A DNA stretch of 63,914 bases, filler included, from Collodictyon triciliatum (lineage: Eukaryota), in NCBI GenBank assembly GCA_043381765.1. It is 8 parts of 8 records of this genome, joined end to end, with 100 filler letters (N's around TTAATTAATTAA, not from the genome) between each part and the next. Parts side by side here need not be neighbours in the genome. Positions count along the whole stretch, not along the records: positions 8,233 to 16,357 come from JBHJMP010003578.1; positions 16,458 to 24,579 come from JBHJMP010003579.1; positions 24,680 to 32,800 come from JBHJMP010003580.1; 5 more parts are not named here. The stretch is one strand, 5' to 3'. A program made the translations under genes and the position numbers. Under the pieces are notes generated by a model that was given only the letters and a program-made list of their open reading frames with translations, had not been told where the DNA came from and did not search any database. Each line of letters starts with the position of its first letter. Position 1 is the first letter of the stretch. Shown piece after piece: positions 13,100-27,800 of this stretch.

Positions 13100-14912
13100 T
13101 AACTATCCAGAATCGATGAGGGGCGTAATCGACAGAAGCATAAAGAGTTCAGGCTATTTGGAGCTGTGGAATAATGGGTTTCCTTTTTTCACCTATATCG
13201 ACAGAAAATTATTAATATATGATATAAGCGACATTTCATTACAAATATAGTATTCACAGTGTGCTTCGCTTTTGACCTGGTGGCTTTGGTTACAGTGAGA
13301 CTCTCAGAATCTTTATTCGCACGGCCTGTTGGTGGTAGGAATATTGGCATCTCAATTATCTAGTATAATTGAGGCAATGGAAAAAGACACGTTTAACAAG
13401 TATGGAGTATAAGGTATATCATCAAATGATTATTTTTTTTTAAAAAAAAAAAAAGGAGGGGATTAGGCAACTTTTTGTTTTACACTTGACAAACCTGATT
13501 GTTCGACAAGTCTAATATTTCAAGTTTGTGAAGTCGGTTGATTATCACAGGAATATTTGTCAGCTAGTTTAATACATTGATTTTACTGCTTACGTTGCCT
13601 GGTGTCACATACACAAGCTTTTCTAAAATACATTCATGGTATTGCTAAAGAAAAACCTTGTTGTTGGACAAATCAAGATGCGCTAGTGAAGAGATTAAAC
13701 AGATATTTTCAGGGAATTCCGCAAACTATGTATAAAGAAAAGTTTAAAGAGTACACCATAATGTAAAAAAAAGCATTATTAATCGTACACAATTTCTTCC
13801 TAGAGACAAGAATGTCAGATTCTGTAGCAGCGTTATATTCTCTGGTAATGATGCGAGGCCCATCCCATATAAACTCAACGATATGAATTTAATCTCTTGC
13901 ATGCTCGGTTTCCATTCCAACTCGGCTATCGAATCAATCTAAAGGAAAAATCTTTATCAAAGTATAGACAATACTTAAATACTAGAATTCAATACCGTAT
14001 CACAGAGCTTCAAACCACGGAGTTGTTTGTAGTCCTTAACTTTTTTATTACTCCAACACGGTATGTTTGTGATTCCATCGGGTGCCCTTTTAATTTCATG
14101 CAGTTCGGTTCCTTTTATCCATAGGTCTCTCAAATTAGTGAGCGCTGTGATTTGTGACGGCAGCTCTTCCAACTAAATATGCATCAGTGAGCTTTGAATC
14201 GAATAAAGGGGCGAAAAATATGCGGCAGTGAGATTGTTTTTCTTTCTCTCTTATCCTGTTTTGATTCTCATTTGCTTGCATGAGTTATAACTGGATAAAT
14301 TGTTATACGTCGGACTGTAAAAAAAATAAAATAATCTAACAACCATTCTTCACTTGAATCGAATAAAGGGGAAAAAACTGGATAAATTGTTACCAAATTG
14401 TCGCTCACATCGAGTTGTGTGATACTTGTCAAGCACGAGATCTCTGTTGGAAGCAATTCTAATAAATTGCACTGAACTTGAAGGTTCACAAGGTTGACAA
14501 GGCACGATATCCCCCTTGGTAGCAGGGACAACTTGTTGTTTGCGGCGTTTAGATCCTTTAGTGCTGTCAAACACGATATACCCGCAGGCAGTATAGATAT
14601 TTGATTGTTTTTAAGATAAAACTCCTTCATTCCGACAAGGCACGATATTTCTGAAGGCAAAGAGGACAACTGATTGTCCCCAATAAAAAGCCCATTGAGG
14701 CGAGTCAGTCGCGAGATCTCTGGAGGCAGGGACAATAGCTGATTCTCATACAGACCCAGCCGGACTAGTTTAGTCATCGAAAAAACCTCATGAGGCACAG
14801 AGGTCAGGCTCTTTCTGTCGAGATAAAGGATCGTCGGGCTTTCGTTGTCGGCGTTTTTGTGATCACCACCACGCCCTCTCGGCCCTTTAGCACCCGCGGA
14901 GCTGCTTGACAT
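13100..14912 (-). CDS. Leucine-rich-repeat protein (23-aa repeats), multi-exon; 3' end uncertain
   Basis: Exon 1 (14912-14394) carries tandem LxxLxLxxNxLxxLPxEI repeats; later exons LEELPSQITALTNLRDLWI, LASLPENITLLQNLTFLSLGRNC, FAEFPENICLISSLAHLDLSNNK, LTNIPVIINRLHKLEILDLSNNQ. Confidence 0.85.
14175..14232 (+). mobile_element. Ultra-short insertion (24 nt, 14192-14215) with 17-bp TSD
   Basis: AAATATGCATCAGTGAG [CTTTGAATCGAATAAAGGGGCGAA] AAATATGCGGCAGTGAG; 2 mismatches between the repeats. Confidence 0.7.
14289..14392 (+). mobile_element. Short insertion (70 nt, 14306-14375) with perfect 17-bp TSD
   Basis: AACTGGATAAATTGTTA [...CACTTGAATCGAATAAAGGGGAAAA] AACTGGATAAATTGTTA. Confidence 0.8.
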
Positions 14913-15807
14913 TTATGATTCTCCTGTTGTCTTGACGCCGATAGTCCTAGATGACAAAGTTCAATAATTGCTCTCAGTCGCTAGCACGTATTTTCGAAAC
15001 GGAGCTTTGGGGTACACGGGTTTAATGGCCGGTGGCATTGTGAGGGGATACCNNNNNNNNNNNNNNNNNNNNNNNNNNNNNNNNNNNNNNNNNNNNNNNN
15101 NNNNNNNNNNNNNNNNNNNNNNNNNNNNNNNNNNNNNNNNNNNNNNNNNNNNNNNNNNNNNNNNNNNNNNNNNNNNNNNNNNNNNNNNNNNNNNNNNNNN
15201 NNNNNNNNNNNNNNNNNNNNNNNNNNNNNNNNNNNNNNNNNNNNNNNNNNNNNNNNNNNNNNNNNNNNNNNNNNNNNNNNNNNNNNNNNNNNNNNNNNNN
15301 NNNNNNNNNNNNNNNNNNNNNNNNNNNNNNNNNNNNNNNNNNNNNNNNNNNNNNNNNNNNNNNNNNNNNNNNNNNNNNNNNNNNNNNNNNNNNNNNNNNN
15401 NNNNNNNNNNNNNNNNNNNNNNNNNNNNNNNNNNNNNNNNNNNNNNNNNNNNNNNNNNNNNNNNNNNNNNNNNNNNNNNNNNNNNNNNNNNNNNNNNNNN
15501 NNNNNNNNNNNNNNNNNNNNNNNNNNNNNNNNNNNNNNNNNNNNNNNNNNNNNNNNNNNNNNNNNNNNNNNNNNNNNNNNNNNNNNNNNNNNNNNNNNNN
15601 NNNNNNNNNNNNNNNNNNNNNNNNNNNNNNNNNNNNNNNNNNNNNNNNNNNNNNNNNNNNNNNNNNNNNNNNNNNNNNNNNNNNNNNNNNNNNNNNNNNN
15701 NNNNNNNNNNNNNNNNNNNNNNNNNNNNNNNNNNNNNNNNNNNNNNNNNNNNNNNNNNNNNNNNNNNNNNNNNNNNNNNNNNNNNNNNNNNNNNNNNNNN
15801 NNNNNNN

Positions 15808-16357
15808 GAGTCATCTCCACTATGGCACATGGCGCATTCTGGAGAAGTTGTTTCTGCATGGACTACGCGCGCACCTATCCACAGATCTCTGTTGGAGATA
15901 TTGAGAAGTAGGGTGCAGTGTTTCGGAAGTAACTGAGGTATGCGGGCTTGCTTCCAGCTTTTGACTATCGACAGGTCTATAATGCCTATAGTTTTGGCCC
16001 AACGGCTCATCTTCTCCGGTTTGTAGGGATTCGGACTGATGATTTTATATCGATATGACTTGGAGTAAGCCATGGCCATCGAGAATTGCGAATATTTGGG
16101 TGTAATGGACCGCCTTTGGTTCTTCAGGAGAAAGAAAAATGGCGACGGCGCTCTGTATGAGATGGGACGTCGTGAGAACCATTCTCCTTTGTTATTCAGG
16201 ATGGCTGCAGTTGGGGTTGCATTTGTAGAGTGGAATGTCGTTGCATTTTTCGGCGGTGCGAAGCTCCCATCCTTTTGGAATGTGACTTGTTGCAGGATGA
16301 AGGAGCTGTTTCCTTCTCTCGACTTGATGATACAGAAGCCTTTTGCTCTATCCCAGC
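15808..16357 (-). mobile_element. Non-LTR retrotransposon ORF2 fragment (C-terminal zf-RVT-like region), cut by gaps on both sides
   Basis: Intron-free frame open across the whole stretch, ending WKQARIPQLLPKHCTLLLNISNRDLWIGARV...SPECAMCHSGDDS. This matches the W..PK...L..G.R...CxxC layout of L1/Tx1-type RT zinc-binding regions. Bounded by an N gap and a contig break, as expected for a repeat. Confidence 0.65.
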
Positions 16358-16457
16358 NNNNNNNNNNNNNNNNNNNNNNNNNNNNNNNNNNNNNNNNNNN
16401 NTTAATTAATTAANNNNNNNNNNNNNNNNNNNNNNNNNNNNNNNNNNNNNNNNNNNN
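16358..16457. other. Artificial contig linker
   Basis: N44-TTAATTAATTAA-N44. Confidence 0.98.
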
Positions 16458-16459
16458 TT

Positions 16460-16520
<61 letters not shown>

Positions 16521-16642
16521 AACAACAACAACGCCATCAACCTCAGTTTCTGTTTTTTGCTGCTAAACAATATTGAAGAGGAAAACTTTAATTCTGCTGT
16601 GAAAAATTCAAATGATGGAATAATTGGTTTCTACAACAATAG

Positions 16643-19600
16643 CCTAGAGAAAGGTCAAACTCTATTGTTCCGACAAGAAGAAATGATGACCACCGGTTTA
16701 TATCGAAACGTGACAAGATTGCTCTCGAAATATACAAAACAGAATGTACATATGTAGCATCTCTGGAGAAACTTGTCAAGGTTCTATATGTTTCGATCAG
16801 GATATATTATTTATTTGATTTAGAAACAAAAATTATCACTGCAAAGTATCTATAGAAACGAATAGTCCCACTTTTTTTTTGAGCTTTCAAGTTATATGAA
16901 GAAATCATATGCTTAGATTTTCTATCGGCCCCTAAAAGAAATGGCTGCCCAGCCAAAACAAGACATAATTACAAGCAGGGTATGTAAAACCCATCTAGCT
17001 ACATCTGTTGATAGAAACCTTTTGTCAATTCCATCTATCGTTTGATTTATACTCATATCACCGCATACAATAAAACAAAACACGGCGTGATTTTATGGAT
17101 CAATAAACTAATAGTAATTATGACAACAACCCATCTTCTGACAGGAACTAGCAGAGATGTTTACAAACTTGGAAATGATATACGATTTTAATGTTAAATT
17201 TCGGGACTCAGTTGAGGAACGGATTAACGACTGGAGCATGGACCAGAAAATTGCGGATATATTTGTAACAATGGTAAGATTCATCAAATTGCTTTACACA
17301 AGTAGTTATTACAACTTTTTTTGGGCAATTAACAGTTTCTTAAAACCACTTACTATCATAGGGACCTTTCTTGAAGATGTACACGGTACTTTATTATTTA
17401 TATTTAAGGTTATATAACCATCCAAAATACCCAAATATTCAATTTAATTATAACACCACTAGCAATATGTGAATAACTATGAACAAGCATTATTGGTACT
17501 TAGTCGACTTCTACAAAAACCATCATTCTGCGGTGTAGTTCAGGTGATATGAATATAGTTGTTATTCTTTTGGAAATAAACATGAACAATCCAAATTACT
17601 TATGCATCGATGAATCGCCTCGTCTATTGAGGCTGCACTTACGAATATGTGAATTAGGAATTCGAACAAAAACCAGAATGTTGTGGGTTGACGCTGCAAG
17701 CCTTTATGATAATGCCAGTGCAGCGAGTGCCCAGATATGTTTTACTTTTGCAGGTACGTATTTAAATATCGTCATGGTACATACCATCAAATTGCAATAA
17801 ATAAATAAAAACACAAGTAGAATGAACAATAGTCAAATCAATTTCTAATTGCTTTTTGAAATATGAACATAAATCTACCCCTAGGAACTCCAAAAAAATA
17901 CGGACGTGTCCCATCCCGATTACTCTAAGCTGTCGACGGCATTTAAAATGATAAAGGAAATTGCAGACCAAATCAACGAGGTTATTTGGTGGCATGAATT
18001 TAAACTCATAACTGTCACAAAAGAAAATCATTTGTCATAAAATTTATTGCTCTACTTGGCTTTACTTGAGTTCAGCTAAAAATATCACCATCGTCAAGAA
18101 AATACGAGAGGACGAGAATGCTAGAAAGTTCTTCAGTATCCAACACCGACTTGTAGGATTCGATGTGAGTTCAGCAACATAATTACATGGAACTATATCT
18201 GAAGCAACTAATTGTACTAGATGATACACTATTCAGCTGCCTTGCAAAAAAATGTACTTAGCTATTTCTCAAATATCCCAATATCATCTTTCCTATTAAA
18301 TCTAATAGTATTTGATACAACCTCACCGCCGATTTCTTGGCGAATTGAAAATGGCTGTTGGAACCCGGGCGACTCGAAATGCGACAGAATTTTTCCTCTT
18401 CAACGACGTTTTAGTTTCCACAACATCGTAATTTTAAACACGTATACATATTTTAGACACCAGTTCGAAATAGCTATTCATTATTGGAACATATAACCAC
18501 GCATTATGTGTAATCTACGACTTTAAAATAGAATGAATTCATTTCTTCATTGTGAGACAGTATTTCCATTCCATGTGCTGTGGCTTCATGACCCTTATCC
18601 CGAACGTTTGTTTAACTGTCAAACAATTTTGAACCAACCCAAACTATATTAAAAGCCAAACAGTTCTTCATTCTTTGTGTTTTCTTTGAGAAATTAAAAA
18701 AAAAAACATGTGTTGACAAATGGTTTTCTGTAACTGTTATAGAACTTCATTTCGAAATTATATCACCGGAGAAGAAACTTGCCTTATACTCCTCATCTTG
18801 GGAAGAAAAGCAACATAATTACTCAAAGATATTCAACGCTGTGAAAGACCTGCTAGAAAAATCAGGAAGACATCCAGGTTAATATTTTATGCGGCGGTCA
18901 TAATTTTATTTACATTTGTTCTAGACAATTTATCCATTTCCTTTCATGTTTTCAAAATAGATGGTCCTAGAGAAGGCGAATTTTCATCGCTGACATTTGG
19001 GGTCTATAACGGAGAATGGCTCAATGCGAAGGCAATAGACGCTTTTTCACTAATCATTCAAATAAATAATAAATATGAGTATTTTTCTCTCCCCATATTT
19101 TCCATAGTTCTCTTTATTTTATTTTTTTGATAAACAATATGATTGAAATACGATTGCTATTATGAACCTATCCTCATTTCCAAATAACACTAATTATATT
19201 ATAGATGCACGGTAAAGGACGAATGGTTTATGTGAACGGCAATTTCTACCAAGGAGAATGGAAAGATGGTAAGAGAGCAAAATCCAAAATATGTTTGTTG
19301 GAGTTGGAGTTTTGTTTGACGTACATCGCACTCACTCTCGCCAGGTCGTCGGAAGGGACAAGGGCGGTTCATTATATGCACACCTGAGAATGTGATTTTA
19401 GAGGGAGAATGGGATGATGATAAACTAAGTACTACCATTTCTCATCTTAGGATACTAAAAATTACGTCACTTTCACATGCATTTTAGTAATTTTTCTCCT
19501 TGTATCAAATCAGATGGAGATGGAACTTTATCAATTTCCACAGGAATCAAATATATCGGCCAATGGGTGAATGGTCAACGCCAAGGAAAGGTAGTATCCA

Positions 19601-21607
19601 ACACCAGAGTTTTGGAATGAGTGTCTCTCGCCAAACATCCTTTTTCAGTGTGTTGCAAGGAATTAAAAATATTGTGCGATAACATCTGAGGAATAACATC
19701 TGTGTTGTATTCAGGGGAAAATACTCTATCCAGACGAAGAAGTGTTGTATGAAGGGGATTTTAAGGAAGGTGAATTTTTTTAAAATCAAGAAAAGCGAAG
19801 CAAAGCCCCCAACAATAGCTATGAGGTATACCAAGACCATGTTTTCTAAAAATCTTCTGCTTTTGTTTTCGCTTTCTTCAGGTAATTTCCACGGACAAGG
19901 AGCTCTAAAACTAAAGCAAGGAACATATTATACCGGAGAGTTCAACATGAGCTTGGTTTGTTCTTGCGCCATCATTCCAATATTCTTTCCATCTAAATGA
20001 TTGCGTTTTTTCTTTCATTGATCAAACTTTAACACAAGATATTCAAAATATCTTTATCCTTTCGCAGCGTCATGGGACTGGTACAATGAAAAACGATGAC
20101 GGTACATACGTAGGAGAGTGGGTGAACGACAAGAAAGAGGGAAAAGGCCGATTTGAATACCCAAATGGCGATGTATACGATGGAACTTTTAAAGATGATA
20201 TTGTAAGTACTATACATAAACAACATAGATATGCAGTTATATTTTCCTCCTCATTTGAATCTAATATCCCCGTATTAAATTCGAATAATTTAAGGTAATC
20301 CATAAGCACACACATAAGTTGTTTATATATAATCTATTCTCCCTCTTTTTCGATATTTATTTCTGCTGTAATGACCACCAGTTGCACGGTAATGGTTTGT
20401 ACCGCTTCTTCTCTGGGGTTGAATACAGCGGCCAATTTCACAGTGGGAAACTGGACGGTTCTGGAAAAATTTCGTATCCAAACGGCGATACATACACGGG
20501 TGATGTCAAAGACGGGCGGGTAACATTTCCATTGTGCAATGACTTATTTATTCGAAATCAAATTTTATTTGAAAGAAAGCTTGATTCCATGTGCAGTTTA
20601 TGCAAATAGTGTTTAACGGTCCTTATAGGTATATTTTGTATATCTTGATTTTTTCATACGTGTCCATCTTTGTACAGAGACACGGGTTTGGGCGGCTAGC
20701 TCGAAAGGACAAGAATTCGTACCTTGGGCAATGGACTTGTGACAAACGGGATGGAAAGGGGAAGCACACGTATTCAAATGGCGACCAATATGAAGGGTCG
20801 TGGAAAGATGACCAAGTAAGACTTTGCCACTTTTTTTCTTTTTGTCAAATAAACTCGTATTGATAAACCCACCAATCATGAACACATACTCATTAATGAT
20901 TCAATGATTTGTTTATCAATTTCATGAATGGTCTTGATGATTAAAAAATAAATTAAGACATGTTTTATGTGTCTATTATCTTGAAGTTTTATTGACCTTT
21001 TTTTCATTTATGGTACTATATATTTACCTTTTGAGTATATGTAATTCTATGTGAATATCTGGGATGGGTGATATGAGTAAATGCAATTTAGAGACATGGT
21101 AGCGGAATCTACAAATGGGCCAATGGCGGGTCGTTCATTGGGAGTTGGGCCAATGACAGGAAAGAAGGGAAGGGAGTGATGCAGTTCCGGTTGTCAGCAA
21201 CACCAGGCGAATTATTCGATTGGGAATACGAGGGGACATTCAAAGACGATAAGGTGAGAGTCGCATTTACGCTTCATTTAACAACACCATCTCATGTTTA
21301 TTCGAGGAGTATAATACATATAGTAATGATTAATATACATAATCGCAATTTCCGTTGAATAATTGATTGAATAATTGATTGAATAATTGATTGATTGACA
21401 TGACAGATGCACGGGCAAGGGACACTCAGATTCCCTGATGGCAGTCGGTATGAAGGAGGCTTCTGCAACGACCTTCGTGACGGACGCGGGACGCTCCACC
21501 CGCGATTCGGTGAGCCTGTGCAACAATCATGGAAGGATGGGGTTTTGACTCGCAGCTCAAACTCGATTCTTCTGTCCGAGTTGCAGACACTTCACCGTTT
21601 TTGCTGA
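16643..21607 (+). CDS. RhoGEF (DH)-PH-MORN repeat protein (alsin-like middle region), 5' end lost at contig start
   Basis: DH motifs KRDKIALEIYKTECTYVASL, GPFLKMYT/QYVNNYE, FMIMPVQRVPRYVLLLQ/ELQKNTDVSHPDY; then many MORN repeats (YQGEWKDG, YVGEWVNDKKEGKG, YEGSWKDDQ, YEGGFCNDLRDGRG). TGA at 21605-21607. Confidence 0.9.
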
Positions 21608-22758
21608 TGTGGATGTTTGGTTGTTTTTGCGTGCATTATGGCCCAAGGAGCAGACTGGCCAGATGAAAGGGCTACGGAGTTGGAGCCCATCCTTTCATGC
21701 TCTTTTTCCCCTCCTATCTCAGTGCCTTTTGTCTCGCCAACCTTTTTCCGTCTCCCCAATCACACACAAACAGCATGCCCTTCTTGTATCGTTTCCTTTC
21801 CTTCAATCCCGTCTGCACTCTCTCCTCCCAGTTCCCCCGCTTTTTTTCCTTGTTCTTTCCGATGATGCCGAAGGATATGAATAAATTCCAGGCCATGCAC
21901 AAGGACCATACTGAAGAAGACAGCGCTCTTGCAGCTGAGGTCTCTTTGTTTGCGTTTGTGCAGGAGCCGCCACCTGCTTCGGTGCCGCTTGTGAGGCTCT
22001 GGTGCAGACCTGAGTCCTCTGGAGTCGACGCGCCATCGCCGGCAGTCCCACGCGCATCGGGAATATTGAAGGGTTCGTCATGATTCAAATCGGCTATCGG
22101 CACGAACTCGGCGCACCCGTCCCAGACTGCCAGCGCACTCTTTCTCGTCTGCCTCTCGCTAAAGCTCCCAATGTCCTCTTGATAGCCTCGTGTGGAGTTC
22201 TAATGTCCCGAAACAACGACCATGTCTGCATTGCGGGCTTTCTAATTGGTTCCCTGTATTCTCTCACTTTGGCTGTCCGCGGAAACCAGATAATGGCCTG
22301 GTCCAATTACTTTTTTGTCCTCATCAACGCCCTCTGTTTGATTGCAAGATTCTTTTCTCTGTTTAATGGTTACCTTCCGTCCATGGCCTAGCGTTTCTCG
22401 TCATGCTGTCTAATTTACATCCTTGGTCTTCTGCTCGTGTTTGCGTGTGTCAAAATAGTCTTTTGAAAGAAATCAGGGTAGAAGAAATACAAAACAGAAA
22501 AAGGGAGTAGGGTATAAACAAACCAAGTTGCTGAATTTTGTACGACTGATATAAAGTGTGAATTATATATGTACAGATGCTATCATAAATTAACGTGTTT
22601 GTGCTCCGAGGTGAGTGAAATACACGATGGCCGAAAGGGGAGGGAATTGAAGCGGTTCGTTAACATTAATTTGAAGGAATGATGACTAGTTGCCTATTTT
22701 ATTAAGTGCATCCCATTAAAGTTTGCCGGGCACTTCCTTATTCTTTGCAGGACAGCCT

Positions 22759-24338
<1,580 letters not shown>

Positions 24339-24579
24339 CGAGTCCGGCTCTTCAGTATCACGCCTGATCACGACCCCTGACTATGCAACGCTGGTTTAGC
24401 GCAGTTGCGTCTTACTTTGTGGGAGCGGATTCCTTTGGTGAAGTATTTGGCCTTTTGTTTTAATATTTTTTGTTTTTGTTTTTTGTGTTTTTTTGTGTTT
24501 TTTTTTGTGTTTTTTTGTGTTTTTTTTTGTGTTTTTTTTGTTTTGTTGTTTTTTTGTTTTGTTGTTTTTTTGTTTTGTT

Positions 24580-24679
24580 NNNNNNNNNNNNNNNNNNNNN
24601 NNNNNNNNNNNNNNNNNNNNNNNTTAATTAATTAANNNNNNNNNNNNNNNNNNNNNNNNNNNNNNNNNNNNNNNNNNNN
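24580..24679. other. Artificial contig linker, flanked by T-rich microsatellites (about 24466-24579 and 24680-24790)
   Basis: N44-TTAATTAATTAA-N44. Confidence 0.98.
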
Positions 24680-24801
24680 CTTTTTTTCTCTTTTTTTCTC
24701 TTTTTTTCTCTTTTTTTCTCTTTTTTTCTCTTTTTTTCTCTTTTTTTCTCTTTTTTTCTCTTTTTTTCTCTTTTTTTCTCTTTTTCCTTTCTTCATTGAA
24801 G

Positions 24802-27800
24802 CCTACCGGATATACACTTAAGACAACCAACGTGAAGACGCCAATCCCTTTCTTGTTGAAGAACACTTTGCGAGAGTAAATTTTTTGATAACTAGTATTT
24901 CTATATCCGAAATATGTTTCTGTATGCATGTATATTCTCCTGTGTTGACCTGAGATATCTAAGATACCAACACGTTGGTCTTGACTGGTTGGTAAAGTGC
25001 TACGAAAAACAGCTAAATTGCATTCTTGCTGATGAAATGGGACTAGGTAATGGCATTCCTTCATAGTTGTTGCTCAGTAGCTTCTTTTTTTCTTTTTTCT
25101 TTTTTCGTTTCATCTTTTCGTATGTTTGGAAAAAAATTACCTTCATCAGCCGTAACACGTCAAGCACTTTTGTTCAAAATAGGAAAAACAATCATGACCA
25201 TATCCTTACTGGCACACTTGGCGTGTTCAGAGAAAATTTGGGGACCCCATCTCATAATCGTTCCTTCCTCGTAACCACTTTTCTCTCTGCTCAAAGGATG
25301 ATATATGTGTCTATATGAGGCCCTTTTTATATGTCTAACTTTCTTATTGACGCTAAATTGAATAATTAGTGTTTTGCTTAATTGGGAAATGGAGTTTAAA
25401 AGATGGTGCCCTGGCTTCAAAGTTATGACATACTTTGGAAACCCAAAAGAACGGAGACAAAAGAGGCAGGGATGGTCAAAACACAATTCATTTCGTATCC
25501 ACCAACTTTCGATATCTCGAAGCATATTATTTTATTTTATTTTATTATTTGCGCTGAACTGAGATTTTTATAAACTCGTTGTAAACTTTAACGGTAATAC
25601 CAAAAAAAAAAAAGATATTTGCATCACTTCATACACTGTTGTTCTTCAGGATTCTGGTGCATTTAGAAGAAAAAAATGGGCTTATATGATTCTAGATGAG
25701 GCTCACAATATAAAGAACTTCAAATCCCAAAGGTGGCAGACATTACTCCATTTCCAGACAAAACGTCGTCTGTTGCTTACAGGGACGCCACTGCAGAACA
25801 GTCTAATGGAGCTATGGTCTTTGATGCACTTCCTAATGCCAAACAGTAAGAAGAAATCCATAAAAAAAAAAAAATACGCTTTCACTTCAACATTTCCCTA
25901 TTGCCATGAGTTCATTTTATATTTTTTTTATCATATCATCTGCAAAGGTGACCAAACTTACACAAAGCATCAAATTGCCCATCTAATCAATTATTTCAAC
26001 ATTTCGCTTAGTTTTTCAGTCCCACAAAGAATTCAAGAGTTGGTTCTCAAATCCAGTCACAAACATGGTTGAGGGGAACGAATCTGTAAATGAAGATATT
26101 ATTCGTCGGTTGTATCAGGTTTTACGTCCGTTTTTACTTCGTCGACTCAAAAAAGATGTCGAAAAACAACTTCCTGACAAGCACGAGCACATTGTTTTAT
26201 GTCGCCTATCAAAGAGACAGCGATTTCTCTACGAAGAATGTGAGCACTATCTCCTTTTTTTTTTTAACTGTAAATAATAAAGTGTACTCTCACAAGTATA
26301 TACTCTGATAATTACAACATTCACTGAAAAATGTATGCATAAATATATTCACTGCTCAGTTATGGCCAGCTCATCGACCCAAGAAACGCTTGCATCTGGA
26401 CATTTGTTTGGAATCATCGGTGTTCTTATGCAACTGAGAAAAGTTTGTAATCACCCGGACTTGTTTGAGGCTCGCTCAATTATATCCTCCTTCGATATGG
26501 AAAGCATCGCGTATGGAACCAATTGCATATATGAGTTTATTGATAAGTTATTAGTATGCTTTAAGTCTGAGTCATTATAAAAATATTACGTTGCGTCTAA
26601 TTGCCTGTGATTATTTCAGATTCATTTCTAGCACACTATTCTTTACGGCTTTGGAGAGGACGCCCTATGATACACCAAACATAGGATTGCTCAATCTTCA
26701 TCTATCAGACTATGAGGTTATGACCACGTGGGATGCTGATTTAGCTATGACTTCTCAACCTAAGAGGCAGTTAATTGTGGAAATTGATGAGAAACTCACG
26801 TCGCCGATTCGCGCAAATTACTCATCACCTGTAGAATATTTCTGTGGCTTGACAAAGTATCGCGAACTAGTTCGGCTTAAAGAAAATCAGATTCGCGATG
26901 CCCGAATCAATTCTCTTCGGTGTTCGCGGAGACCTTTATTTGGTCTGAATTTGCGAGCATTAGTAAAAGTGGAAACAGTTCATGACTACCACATTCGAGC
27001 GCTCAACCCTCGGCGATACATGGAAACAAGCGATATCCTTTCATCAATGGTGATTTTTAAATTCAATTTATATTCTTGATTGTGAGGAATTTAGTGGGCT
27101 TTGACAACTCCTTCAGAATTCCATATTTAATTGATTTTTCCTGTTCCCTGATTTTTTTCATATATATACGCTTTGGAATTAGATTATTCCACTAGACAAG
27201 CGCATCCACGACGCTGGAGATTTAATCAAGAACTTTGTGTTTCTGACTCCTAAAGTCAGAGCCCGAGCACCTATTCCGATTATATCGAACATCAGGAAAA
27301 TTGAGGTCTCAACTCCCCTATATGAATTTCATTTGCATCCCTAGTTTATCCTAATCATTAAAAAAAAAAAAAACTTGTCATCGTCATCTGTTTTTTCTCA
27401 AATAGGAACGCTTCCCATTCTCACAGCAGCTCAAAGCCAAGTCGTTTATTCAACCGTTTGGTGATTTGCTTGCTCCAATCATTGTCCGAGGGCAAGTATG
27501 TATACAATTACAGTTGGTATTTTATTCCTCAGCCACATTCCTCTCGTTTTCTAAACGATACATTTATCAAATGTTGCTCTTCAGGTGTTTTTTCCAGACA
27601 AGAGACTTTTGCAGTACGATTGTGGAAAACTTCAAGCACTTTCTGAGTTACTTCACACTTTGAAAGTAGAAGGGCATCGTTGTCTTATCTTTACTCAGAT
27701 GACTAAGATGCTCGATATCCTTGAGGAATTTCTCAATATCCACGGGCACACCTATTTGCGTCTGGACGGCTCGACGAAGATTGATCAGCGCCAGATATTG

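Noticed and set aside
14961-15052. Apparent C-terminus of the retroelement ORF ending 48 nt before the LRR ATG (possible fusion)
   Set aside because: The frame is continuous only through 755 Ns, and there is no tail or TSD here. More likely LRR promoter, with the element ending inside the gap.
21602-21616. Cys-TGA-Cys-Gly-Cys at the MORN gene end as selenocysteine or readthrough
   Set aside because: I could not build a SECIS-like stem downstream, the extension is not protein-like, and TGA also ends the ABCA gene.
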